A stretch of 64,000 nucleotides of DNA, from positions 96,001 through 160,000 of the forward strand of contig CAXXTU010000002.1 of the NCBI GenBank assembly GCA_963662655.2, in the 5' to 3' direction. Under the pieces are notes generated by a model. That model made no database searches and had not been told where the DNA came from. It was given only the letters and a program-made list of their open reading frames with translations. Of this stretch, positions 17,697 through 26,408 are shown piece by piece. This stretch comes from Candidatus Cloacimonadales bacterium (GTDB taxonomy: Bacteria; Cloacimonadota; Cloacimonadia; Cloacimonadales; JAIOQZ01). The first letter of the stretch is position 1. Each line of letters begins with the position of its first letter. A program made the translations under genes and the position numbers.

Positions 17697-18671
17697 ATGA
17701 AAAAGCGAATTCTAATCGTTACAACAGGCGGAACCATCGCCATGAAGTTCGAAGAGGACAAGGGCGTCGTTCCCGGCGTCGATCCCATCGGCTTCCTTAA
17801 ATCCTTCCCACAGCTTCTGCATACGGCGGAAATCGAGGTGTTCGAGTACTCCAATATCCCCAGCCCCTATATGACTCCCGAAAAAATGTTCGATCTGGCC
17901 AGGCAGGTGGATATCAAGATTATCGATTTCGATGGAATCGTTATCACGCACGGCACCGACACGCTGGAAGAGACGGCGTATATGCTGGATCTGGTACTGA
18001 CCTCCCGCAAGCCGGTCGTGTTCACTGCCGCGATGCGGAGCGGAACGGACCTCGGGCTGGATGGCCCGAGGAACATCGTTGGCGCGGTGCGCGTCGCGAG
18101 CTGCGAGGAATCGATCGACAAGGGCGTTCTCGTGGTGATGAACGATGAAATTCACTCTGCGAGAGACATCGTAAAGGCAAACACCGGCAAGGTGGAGTCG
18201 TTTATTTCCAAGGATTACGGAATCCTCGGTATCGTTGACCCCGACAAGATCGTGTACCACCGGCAGATGATCGGCAGAGAGACGGTCTGGACGGACGAGC
18301 TGGAGACGAATATCGACCTCATTCGTGCTTGCGCCGGTATGGATGGAAGATTCGTCGAATGCTCCATAGCGAAGGGCGCGAAGGCGATTGTAATCGAGGC
18401 TTTCGGGCGCGGAAACCTGCCGATCGAGATGATACCGTCTATCGAGGAAGCGGTCGCGAGAAATATCCTGGTTGTGATCGTTTCGCGGTCATACTCCGGG
18501 CGTGTGTTGCCCGAGTACGGCTACGATGGCGGGGGAATGCATTTGCAACGAATCGGCGTGATTTTGGGCGGTGATTACAGGGGACACAAAGCGCGTATCA
18601 AACTGATGGCTCTGTTCGGAAAATACAAAGATCCGGGATTGGTGCGTAAGTTCTTCCTGAACTCGTTATAG
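17697..18671 (+). CDS. L-asparaginase
   Basis: TTGGTIAM and ITHGTDTLEETAY motifs; ATG at 17697 after GAGG. Confidence 0.93.
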   Translation: MKKRILIVTTGGTIAMKFEEDKGVVPGVDPIGFLKSFPQLLHTAEIEVFEYSNIPSPYMTPEKMFDLARQVDIKIIDFDGIVITHGTDTLEETAYMLDLVLTSRKPVVFTAAMRSGTDLGLDGPRNIVGAVRVASCEESIDKGVLVVMNDEIHSARDIVKANTGKVESFISKDYGILGIVDPDKIVYHRQMIGRETVWTDELETNIDLIRACAGMDGRFVECSIAKGAKAIVIEAFGRGNLPIEMIPSIEEAVARNILVVIVSRSYSGRVLPEYGYDGGGMHLQRIGVILGGDYRGHKARIKLMALFGKYKDPGLVRKFFLNSL

Positions 18672-18721
18672 TTTTCGAAAGATCGATTGATTCATACATT
18701 CAGGCTTTCCGGTTTCGCTCG

Positions 18722-18940
18722 TTATCCAATGTGCTGAGCTTTCGTATCCATGCTGGAAAACGTCGAGTAATCGATGTCGAGATCGACATCGAGCATGCTG
18801 GTTTCCGGCAAGTCCGTTTCCCGGTAGTTGCTCTTTGTTCTGGCCGTACCACTCTCCATTGACAATCCGCATGCAAACGAGGATTGATCGATCTGATCCG
18901 ACTGGCTGTTTGAATAAGAAAATAATCTTCTGTGCTCCAT
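18722..18940 (-). CDS. Small hypothetical protein (72 aa)
   Basis: GAGG-N6-ATG start, fills an intergenic gap; no family recognised. Confidence 0.4.
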   Translation of the reverse strand: MEHRRLFSYSNSQSDQIDQSSFACGLSMESGTARTKSNYRETDLPETSMLDVDLDIDYSTFSSMDTKAQHIG

Positions 18941-19144
18941 TTTGACCTCACATATTTCAGTAATATTGCCTAATACTGCATATGTGGTGCCAAAATGATC
19001 CATGATTCAAAATAGTTGGTAATCTGTTGTAGCGTATGAAAATAAAAGTTTCCAGGACGTTGTTTCTGGCTGATGTTCACTTCAATCATTTTGAGTGAAT
19101 CATTCAAAATGACCTATCATTTTGCGGAGCGCTGAATCGGGCAA

Positions 19145-20125
19145 TTACTGGCGAAGCATCTCCAGGAAACTCTCGACGCGCAGACGCGAGCGCGAGTCCA
19201 GCTTCCCGGGCCGATCCCCTTCGAGCGTGAGGGTGGGAACGGTCAGGCGCTTTTTCAGGATGATGTTGTCGATCTGGCGATGGCAGAAGGCCTGCGTATA
19301 GCTGATGATGCCGTCCAGGCGGCGCGCTTCGATCTGCTCTGCGATGTCCTTCACGCGGTCGAATACGGAATACGGGTAGGTGTAGCACGTATACTGATCG
19401 AGGATATCCGCCTCGAGATACGGCATCGCGAACTGCCGTTGCACTTCGTTGAACACGATGGGCGCTCCCTGCTCCTGCATGAAGTCGTAAAGATCGCCGA
19501 TGATGGGGGGGACTCCGATGAATCCCAGTCGGAGATCGGCTTTGAGGGGAGCGCGCTGCGACGCCTCCTCCAGGAAGTCGTTCAGCCTCGTCTCATATAA
19601 GTCCGGATTTCCTTCGAAGTCGGAGGCGTTGACCAGCCACAGGTGGTTCTCCAGGCCGGTGACTTTTCCATCCTGCCACGTCATGCGATCCAGCTCGATC
19701 AACTTCCCGCGGATTTGGTCCAGGCGTACTTTCGCTTCCTGCGTCTGCTGCCGCGAAACTGCGAAACGCTTCTCCAGCCTGCGAATTTCCTTATCGAGCT
19801 CCTCCCGGTTTTTATCGTAGGGGAAGGAGAAAGGAATGACATCGATGCCTTGCTCGTGGTAGAGGCTCATGAGCGAATGCGTGTTGGAGCAATCGCCTCC
19901 GGTGATCCCCACGATGGTGTCGAATTGGTTCTTTCCGACGGTGTATAGCCCTTTGATCCAAGCGCACACGTTGCGCGGAAAGCCGTCGAATTCGGCGGCT
20001 TCCACCATGTCCCCCGCCTCGCCGGTGATAAAGATATTGTTGAGATCGACGGGCGTGTTACCGGCGGCAAAGACCGTCTCGACCGGGAATGACGAGGTGA
20101 AGCCGATCCGCTTCGTCGCTCCCAT
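19145..20125 (-). CDS. 2-hydroxyacyl-CoA dehydratase family (HgdB/FldB-like) subunit
   Basis: P.E...AAG..P, CAWIKG, GGDCS, DGIISYTQAFCHR, LEGD...R+ESFLEML. Confidence 0.82.
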   Translation of the reverse strand: MGATKRIGFTSSFPVETVFAAGNTPVDLNNIFITGEAGDMVEAAEFDGFPRNVCAWIKGLYTVGKNQFDTIVGITGGDCSNTHSLMSLYHEQGIDVIPFSFPYDKNREELDKEIRRLEKRFAVSRQQTQEAKVRLDQIRGKLIELDRMTWQDGKVTGLENHLWLVNASDFEGNPDLYETRLNDFLEEASQRAPLKADLRLGFIGVPPIIGDLYDFMQEQGAPIVFNEVQRQFAMPYLEADILDQYTCYTYPYSVFDRVKDIAEQIEARRLDGIISYTQAFCHRQIDNIILKKRLTVPTLTLEGDRPGKLDSRSRLRVESFLEMLRQ

Positions 20126-22012
20126 TAGCTGCTCAACTCCAGGTATTGATCTTCCATCTCTTCCTTGTCACGCGTGAGTTTCGCAATGATCTCCTTCAGC
20201 TCCAGGATATCCTGTTGCAGCACCTTGATCTTGTCGGGGTCGCTGTACATAGCCGGATCCGCATATGTGATTTCCTTCTGATGGAGCATTTCACGTTTTT
20301 CATCGATATCGCTTTCCAGCTTCTCGATGTCCCTCATCATTCGCTCGAGGATGATCGGATTTGTGCGCTGCTGTTTGCTCGCGGGACGCTGCTCCTTCTC
20401 GGCCGGGCCTTTTCTCTTCTGAGTCTTGCGCTCCAAATCGAAGAGCTCTTGAATGGAGAGCTCCGTTTCTTCCACCGCGCCGCTACCGAAGAACCATTTC
20501 TTCGTGGCTACATTTTCCACGAAGTGCAGATCGTGCGATACGAACATGATGGTTCCCGTGTACTGCTGGAGCGCGAGCTCGAGGTTTTGAACCGTGAGGA
20601 TATCCAGGTGGTTGGTGGGCTCGTCAAGGATGAGCAGATTCGGTTTCTGCATGATGAGGACGGAAAGATAAAGCCTTGCCTTCTCGCCGCCGCTGAGGAC
20701 GTCCACGTATTTTTCGAGGTCGGCTCCGTAGAAGCCGAAGCGCGCCAGGTATCCGATCACTTCTCCCTGTGGGGCGCCGGGCATGAGGTCCCATATCGTC
20801 TCGCGGATCGTCTTTCCGTTCACGAGATTGATGTGCATCTGGTCGTAGTAACCGATGTTGAGACTCGCACCGCGATAGAGATTTCCCGAGAGGATCGGTT
20901 GCTCGCCGATGAGCGTTCGCAGGAGGGTCGTTTTCCCCGAACCGTTCCGCCCGATGATGGCGATGCGATCCTGGTAAAATACGTTGAGATCGATGTGCTC
21001 GGCCAGCTTGAGATTCTTGAATCCCACCGCGCAGTTTTCCAGACGGAAAACGTCGTTTCCACTCCTGCCGTTGCTCTCGATGCGGAGCTTAACGGCGGAT
21101 TCGGTGGTGGGCTTCTCGATGCGCTCGAGCTTGTCCAGCATTCTCAGACGAGACTTCGCCTGCTGTACCTTCTGTCCCGCCATGTTTCTGCGGATAAAGT
21201 CTTCGGTTTTTTCGATCAGCTTCTTCTGCTGTTTGAACTGCCGGAGCTGCGTTTCTTCCTGGCGCTCCTTGGTCGCCTCGAAGGTGGAATAATTACCGCC
21301 GTACAGGAAGAGACGTTTCTCGCGGATCTCCGCGATCTTGGTCACGGTGGCGTCGAGAAAATGGCGATCGTGGCTGATGATCAGGTAGGGCCTGCCCAGC
21401 GACGGCAGGTACTTCTCCAGCCAGAAGATCATGCTGAAATCGAGGTGATTGGTGGGCTCGTCCATGAGGAGGAGATCGAACGGCTCCAGCAGGATTCTGG
21501 CGAGCTGGGTACGTGTCTTCTCTCCGCCGCTGAGCAGCGCGATCTTGCGATCCCATAGCGGACGCAACAGGTTGAGCTTTGTCAGGACGATTTCAAGCTG
21601 ATTTTCGTAGTTGAAGCCATCCAGGGCGAGAAACCTGTCGTTGAGTTCCGCCAGTTGTACCTGGTTCTCCTGCGTGTTGCTTTGCGCGAGGGCGTGCTCC
21701 GCCTCCCGGATGTCTTTGTGCAACTGAATGATGTCTTCCCGTGCGCCGGAGACGTATTGATAGACCGTCTGGTCTTCCCGGCAGCTCTGGATCCTGTGTT
21801 AGGTAGGCAATGCGACACCGGTTCGCCACCTGAGGCGTGCCTTCGCTGGGCGTCATGCGGCCCAGAACCATCTCCAGAAGGGTGGTCTTCCCGCAGCCGT
21901 TTCGCCCCACGAGACCGATGCGCGTGTTGTGCTCGATGGAGAGCGACAGATTGTCGAACAGGGTGAATCCGCCGAAGTGGTGCGTCAGCCCTGATATGGA
22001 TACTAAACTCAT
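20125..22012 (-). pseudogene. ABC-F family ATPase split by a 1-nt frameshift near 21778
   Basis: First Walker A GRNGCGKTT in 5' frame; LSGGE/DEPTNHLD twice and second Walker A in 3' frame; removing one G from CCG-G-GAA joins them into 628 aa. Confidence 0.85.
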
Positions 22013-22146
22013 TGCAATTTCCTTTATTCTATTCCGGTGGCGAAGTACGCGAACACATTTTCCCGATTGAGAATATCGCACAAGATTTTTCTTGCCATCT
22101 ATTTCCCGCCAGCGAGTTTGACCTCAAAGAATCACTGGAGGTTTGT

Positions 22147-23145
22147 ATGGCTTTCAATCTGAAAAACAGACATTTTCTTACCCTTCTGGACTTTACACCG
22201 AGGGAAATTCGTTTTCTTCTGGACCTTTCCAGAGATCTGAAAAACGCAAAATACGCCGGACTCGAGCAGAAGAAGCTTACCGGCAAGAATATCGCATTGA
22301 TCTTCGAAAAATCATCGACCCGCACACGTTGCGCGTTTGAAGTGGCAGCTTACGATCAGGGCGCGCACGTTACCTATCTCGGACCGTCCGGAAGCCAGAT
22401 CGGCCACAAGGAAACCATGAAGGACACCGCTCGCGTTCTTGGCGGCATGTACGACGGTATCGAGTACCGCGGTTATGGACAGGCTATCGTGGAAGAGCTT
22501 GCCGATAACGCCGGCGTTCCCGTATGGAACGGCCTGACCGACGAGTTTCATCCGACTCAGGTGCTGGCGGATTTCCTCACCGCGCACGAATGCCTTCGCA
22601 AACCGTACGAAGATATTACGTTCGCGTATGTTGGCGATGCACGCAACAACGTGTGTAACTCGCTCATGGTGGGCGCTGCCAAGATGGGTATGGACTTCCG
22701 TGCCGTGGGACCAAAGAGCCTTCAGCCCAATGCCGAACTGCTAGCCAAGTGCATGGAAATCGCAAAGGAAACCGGCGCAAAGATCACCGTGACCGACGAT
22801 CCGAAAGAGGGCGTCAAGGGTGCGGACGTGATTTACACCGACGTCTGGGTATCGATGGGCGAGCCGGCGGAAGTATGGGAAGAACGCATCAAATTGCTCA
22901 AACCGTTCCAGGTCAACCGCGAGCTCATGGAAGCAACCGGCAACAAGGGAACCATCTTCCTGCACTGCCTGCCTTCCTTCCACAACACCGATACAAAAGT
23001 CGGCAAGGAAATCTACGAGAAATTCGGAATCACCGAGATGGAAGTGACCGACGAGGTCTTCGAGAGCGCGCAGTCGCACGTTTTCCAGGAAGCGGAAAAC
23101 CGCATGCACACCATCAAGGCAGTCATGGTGGCCACACTCGGTTAA
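22147..23145 (+). CDS. argF: Ornithine carbamoyltransferase (ArcB/ArgF)
   Basis: [30 protein letters not shown]-terminus resembles catabolic OTCases. Confidence 0.96.
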   Translation: MAFNLKNRHFLTLLDFTPREIRFLLDLSRDLKNAKYAGLEQKKLTGKNIALIFEKSSTRTRCAFEVAAYDQGAHVTYLGPSGSQIGHKETMKDTARVLGGMYDGIEYRGYGQAIVEELADNAGVPVWNGLTDEFHPTQVLADFLTAHECLRKPYEDITFAYVGDARNNVCNSLMVGAAKMGMDFRAVGPKSLQPNAELLAKCMEIAKETGAKITVTDDPKEGVKGADVIYTDVWVSMGEPAEVWEERIKLLKPFQVNRELMEATGNKGTIFLHCLPSFHNTDTKVGKEIYEKFGITEMEVTDEVFESAQSHVFQEAENRMHTIKAVMVATLG

Positions 23146-23166
23146 CCCGGTATTACATACTATTGC

Positions 23167-23197
23167 AAAGGGACGAAGCGATTCGTCCCTTTTTTTT
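23167..23197 (+). terminator. Rho-independent terminator
   Basis: AAAGGGACGAA-GCGA-TTCGTCCC followed by T8. Confidence 0.85.
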
Positions 23198-23312
23198 CAG
23201 AATACTGAGATGGGAAATGGCCAAATCTCGAATACCTTGACATCTCCCTGCCTCTTCACGTGATACTCCACACGAAAACATTTTACTAATAAATCCACAA
23301 TGAGAGGATCCG

Positions 23313-23896
23313 ATGAGCGAAGAGAGAGAGCAGGCAAGCAGCGTGAGCGAAACCGGTGAAGATTTATCCCCGAAGGAAGCGAAGCAAGTCGAGCCGGGCA
23401 TCAAGGGGATGCTGGCGCTCCTTGCGATCATGGTTGTGCTGAGTCCTTTTGTGATCGGCGTGCAAACGGTGTTTTACTATCATGAAGTCGAAAGCGCCCC
23501 CCCCCCCCCCCCCCCCCCCCCGGTACCTGGGAGGCGATCACCAATCCCGAAGACGAGAGCTACAACCCACTGCTGGCAGCGCTTCTCGTGCTCGAGTTCG
23601 CCGTTGATGTCGCGCTCATCGTGGCCAGCTTCTACTTGATTGGCCCATTCTTCAAGAAGCAATCGAAATTCCCCAGGCTCTTCATCGCGATACGACTGTT
23701 CAACATAGGCTTTCTGTGGTTGGACAACATCGCGACCGTGTTGATGTTTCAGGATATATCGCTTATGGACGGGCAAACCGTAGCCTCGCTGATCAAGAGC
23801 ACGGTCTTTTCATTCGCGTGGATCATGTATGTTAGGCGATCAGAGCGGGTGAAGGTAACGTTCGTGAATGACAGCGGTGAAGGAAAGGTTCTGTAA
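23313..23896 (+). pseudogene. DUF2569-like membrane protein, frameshifted at a C25 tract
   Basis: N-terminal GIKGMLALLAI; downstream frame GTWEAITNP..Y.PL...FFKK..FP...W..Y...SERVKVTFV; frames change across 23497-23521. Confidence 0.7.
23497..23521 (+). repeat. C25 homopolymer
   Basis: 25 consecutive C. Confidence 0.95.
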
Positions 23897-23897
23897 A

Positions 23898-24674
23898 CTA
23901 TATTCCGAATAGCCCGAGGTAGGCGTTTACCATCCAGTTTCCGAGGAAAACGTATACCATCGCGCCCAGGATGAGGAACGGCCCAAAGGGGAAATGCTTG
24001 TCTTTTTGCAGGCGCATCACGATAAATCCGACGATGGCCAAAATCGATGCGAAGAATATGGATATCAGTACCCCGCGAAATCCCAGGAAAGCGCCCAGCG
24101 CGGTGATGAGCTTGACGTCGCCCCCTCCCATTGCCTCGATATTCTTGAGCTTGAGATAAAGCCAGCCAAGTCCGTAGAAGAGGATGAACCCTGCCGCGGC
24201 TCCGCTCAGCGAGGAAAGGACGGATACGTCGGATCCCGGCACCAGACTGAATACCAATCCGATGGGAATCAAAGGAAGTGAGAGCGAATCGGGGATAATC
24301 ATGTGGAATGCGTCGATGAAGAAGATGATAACGCCCATAGAGAAGAGCAGCAGGTATTTGATGAAAAAGACGCTGACCTGATTTCCCGAGTGAATGAACA
24401 GCGAGAGGAAAAGGATCGCGGTGAGCAACTCCACCATGAAATAATGCCAGTGGATTTTCATTCCGCAAATTCTGCACTTCCCGCGCAGGGCGAGATAGCT
24501 CACGATGGGAATGTTGTTCCAGGGACGAATGGGCGTGTTACACCCCGGGCAGTGCGATGGCGGGGAGACGATGGATTCCTTGCGCGGAATCCGGTAAATG
24601 CACACGTTGAAAAAGCTGCCGAAAGCAGCGCCTAAGAAGAATACCAGGAAATATATCGGAAGAAGGAGCAGCAC
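23898..24674 (-). CDS. pilD: Prepilin peptidase
   Basis: GSFFNVCIYRIP, SHCPGC, GKCRIC, ID....IPD, MGGGDVKL, PFGPFL. Confidence 0.95.
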   Translation of the reverse strand: MLLLLPIYFLVFFLGAAFGSFFNVCIYRIPRKESIVSPPSHCPGCNTPIRPWNNIPIVSYLALRGKCRICGMKIHWHYFMVELLTAILFLSLFIHSGNQVSVFFIKYLLLFSMGVIIFFIDAFHMIIPDSLSLPLIPIGLVFSLVPGSDVSVLSSLSGAAAGFILFYGLGWLYLKLKNIEAMGGGDVKLITALGAFLGFRGVLISIFFASILAIVGFIVMRLQKDKHFPFGPFLILGAMVYVFLGNWMVNAYLGLFGI

Positions 24675-24677
24675 GTA

Positions 24678-25145
24678 CTATCGCCAGGGATAATAGGAAC
24701 GACCGTAGGGGTAGTTGGTGTTGTACGATTGATAGTCGATGCGGATAACCGTGTTCTTGAAGGGGCGGTACTCCAGCGACATGTTCGGAAGAAGCTGGCT
24801 GTCGTTGTCGTCGTTGCCTTCGATATCGAATCCGCCATTCATGGTGGCGGTTCCGTCGTTGACGAAGTTCAGATCGATCTTGAAATCGAGGTCCTTGCTC
24901 AGGGCGTATCCGAGATGAGTCGTGTAGCGGGATTGATAGTAGCTCTGATCTCCGGCCACCCCGCTCATGAAACCCATGGAGTGGTTGACCGTCAGGTTGT
25001 CTGGATTGAACAGGGAATTGGAGAATTCGCTGCCCAGTGACGGAAGCTGAAAATGCGGATTGAATCCCGAATGATAAGCGTTATCCTGAGCGCTCAGAGA
25101 AAGTGACGCAACAGCGATTATCACGATAATCCAAAGACTTTTCAT
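24678..25145 (-). CDS. Secreted hypothetical protein (beta-rich, possibly outer membrane)
   Basis: Signal peptide ..SLSA-Q; alternating beta-strand patterns (LEYRP..VIRIDYQ). Confidence 0.6.
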   Translation of the reverse strand: MKSLWIIVIIAVASLSLSAQDNAYHSGFNPHFQLPSLGSEFSNSLFNPDNLTVNHSMGFMSGVAGDQSYYQSRYTTHLGYALSKDLDFKIDLNFVNDGTATMNGGFDIEGNDDNDSQLLPNMSLEYRPFKNTVIRIDYQSYNTNYPYGRSYYPWR

Positions 25146-25454
25146 GTTTGTCTCCTGCTATGAATTTCGTATCTCTTCATTCTTCGTTTCTTCCATCGAG
25201 ATCATTATACGATGCCGAAATTCCTCATCTATTTATAATTTCTTACCCGTGCGATATTTTGTCAAACAATATCCAGAAAGAAATCTTCTCGCGATTTTCC
25301 GAGAAAAAGTTTTACAACCTTCATGGAAAATCCTCATATTGCATTCGTGAATAGCGAGGCATTTCTTCAATCGTATAACGAGTTTGTCATCGTGCTTGTT
25401 ACATGATTCACGTTGGAATGTAATCATACAATTGCAAACAATAAAGGAGTACTA

Positions 25455-26393
25455 ATGCAGTGGGCAATCAGTTTATTCGTTTTGGCGATCATGTTGCTAT
25501 CGGGATGTTCCGGAAAGAAGGAACAGGATAAGGTCGATCTCAGGAAATTGTGGGATTTTCGCGACCCTGCTGGAACGGAGCAGCGTTTTCGCGCATTGCT
25601 CGCTCAGCACGACGAAATGACTGAGTACGGTTTGGAGATCAAGACGCAGATTGCCCGTACGATGGGGCTCCGCGGGATGTTCGATGAAGGGCATGCCTTG
25701 CTGGATTCCGTGGACGTGGCGCTGAAGGACGACATGCGCGCCGTACGTATCCGCTCGCTGCTTGAAAGAGGACGCCTCCTTAATAGCGCGGGAAGCCCCG
25801 ATCGGGCGGCTTCGCTCTTCCAGGAAGCCTGGGAGCGCTCCCGGGAAGCAGGCTACGATAACTATGCCATCGATTCGGCGCACATGATGGCGATCGTGCT
25901 TCCGCCCGACCAGCAGCTCGAGTGGAACCTGAAGGCGCTCGATCTGATCGAGAAATCCGACGATCCCGCCTTGCAAGGCTGGAAGGGTCCTTTGTACAAC
26001 AACATCGGCTGGACCTACTTCGATCAGGGGGATGCTGAGACGGCTCTGATGTACTTCCTGAAGGACGTCAACTTCCGCACGGAGTTTGGCGACGAGGACG
26101 GCAGGAGGATTTCACAGTGGTCCGTGGCGCGAACCTATCGCGAACTGGGGCGTAAAGCCGAAGCGCTCGATCTCCAGCAGAAGATCGAAAAAGAGATCGA
26201 GGACAAGAAGCTTCCCGCAGACGGCTTTGTATTTGAGGAATTGGGAGAGCTTCACCTCGAAAATGGAGATAGCGAGACGGCAGGCCGGTACTTTGCTTCG
26301 GCGTATAAAGTTTTGAAAGAAGATCAGTGGTTCCGTGAGAATGAGAAGGCGCGCCTCGAGCGCATGAGGAAACTGGGAAATGTTAAAGAGTAG
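25455..26393 (+). CDS. TPR-repeat lipoprotein
   Basis: AAGGAG RBS; lipobox LSGC; helical repeats (LYNNIGWTY, EELGEL). Confidence 0.75.
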   Translation: MQWAISLFVLAIMLLSGCSGKKEQDKVDLRKLWDFRDPAGTEQRFRALLAQHDEMTEYGLEIKTQIARTMGLRGMFDEGHALLDSVDVALKDDMRAVRIRSLLERGRLLNSAGSPDRAASLFQEAWERSREAGYDNYAIDSAHMMAIVLPPDQQLEWNLKALDLIEKSDDPALQGWKGPLYNNIGWTYFDQGDAETALMYFLKDVNFRTEFGDEDGRRISQWSVARTYRELGRKAEALDLQQKIEKEIEDKKLPADGFVFEELGELHLENGDSETAGRYFASAYKVLKEDQWFRENEKARLERMRKLGNVKE

Positions 26394-26408
26394 TGAACGG
26401 GAGGATTT

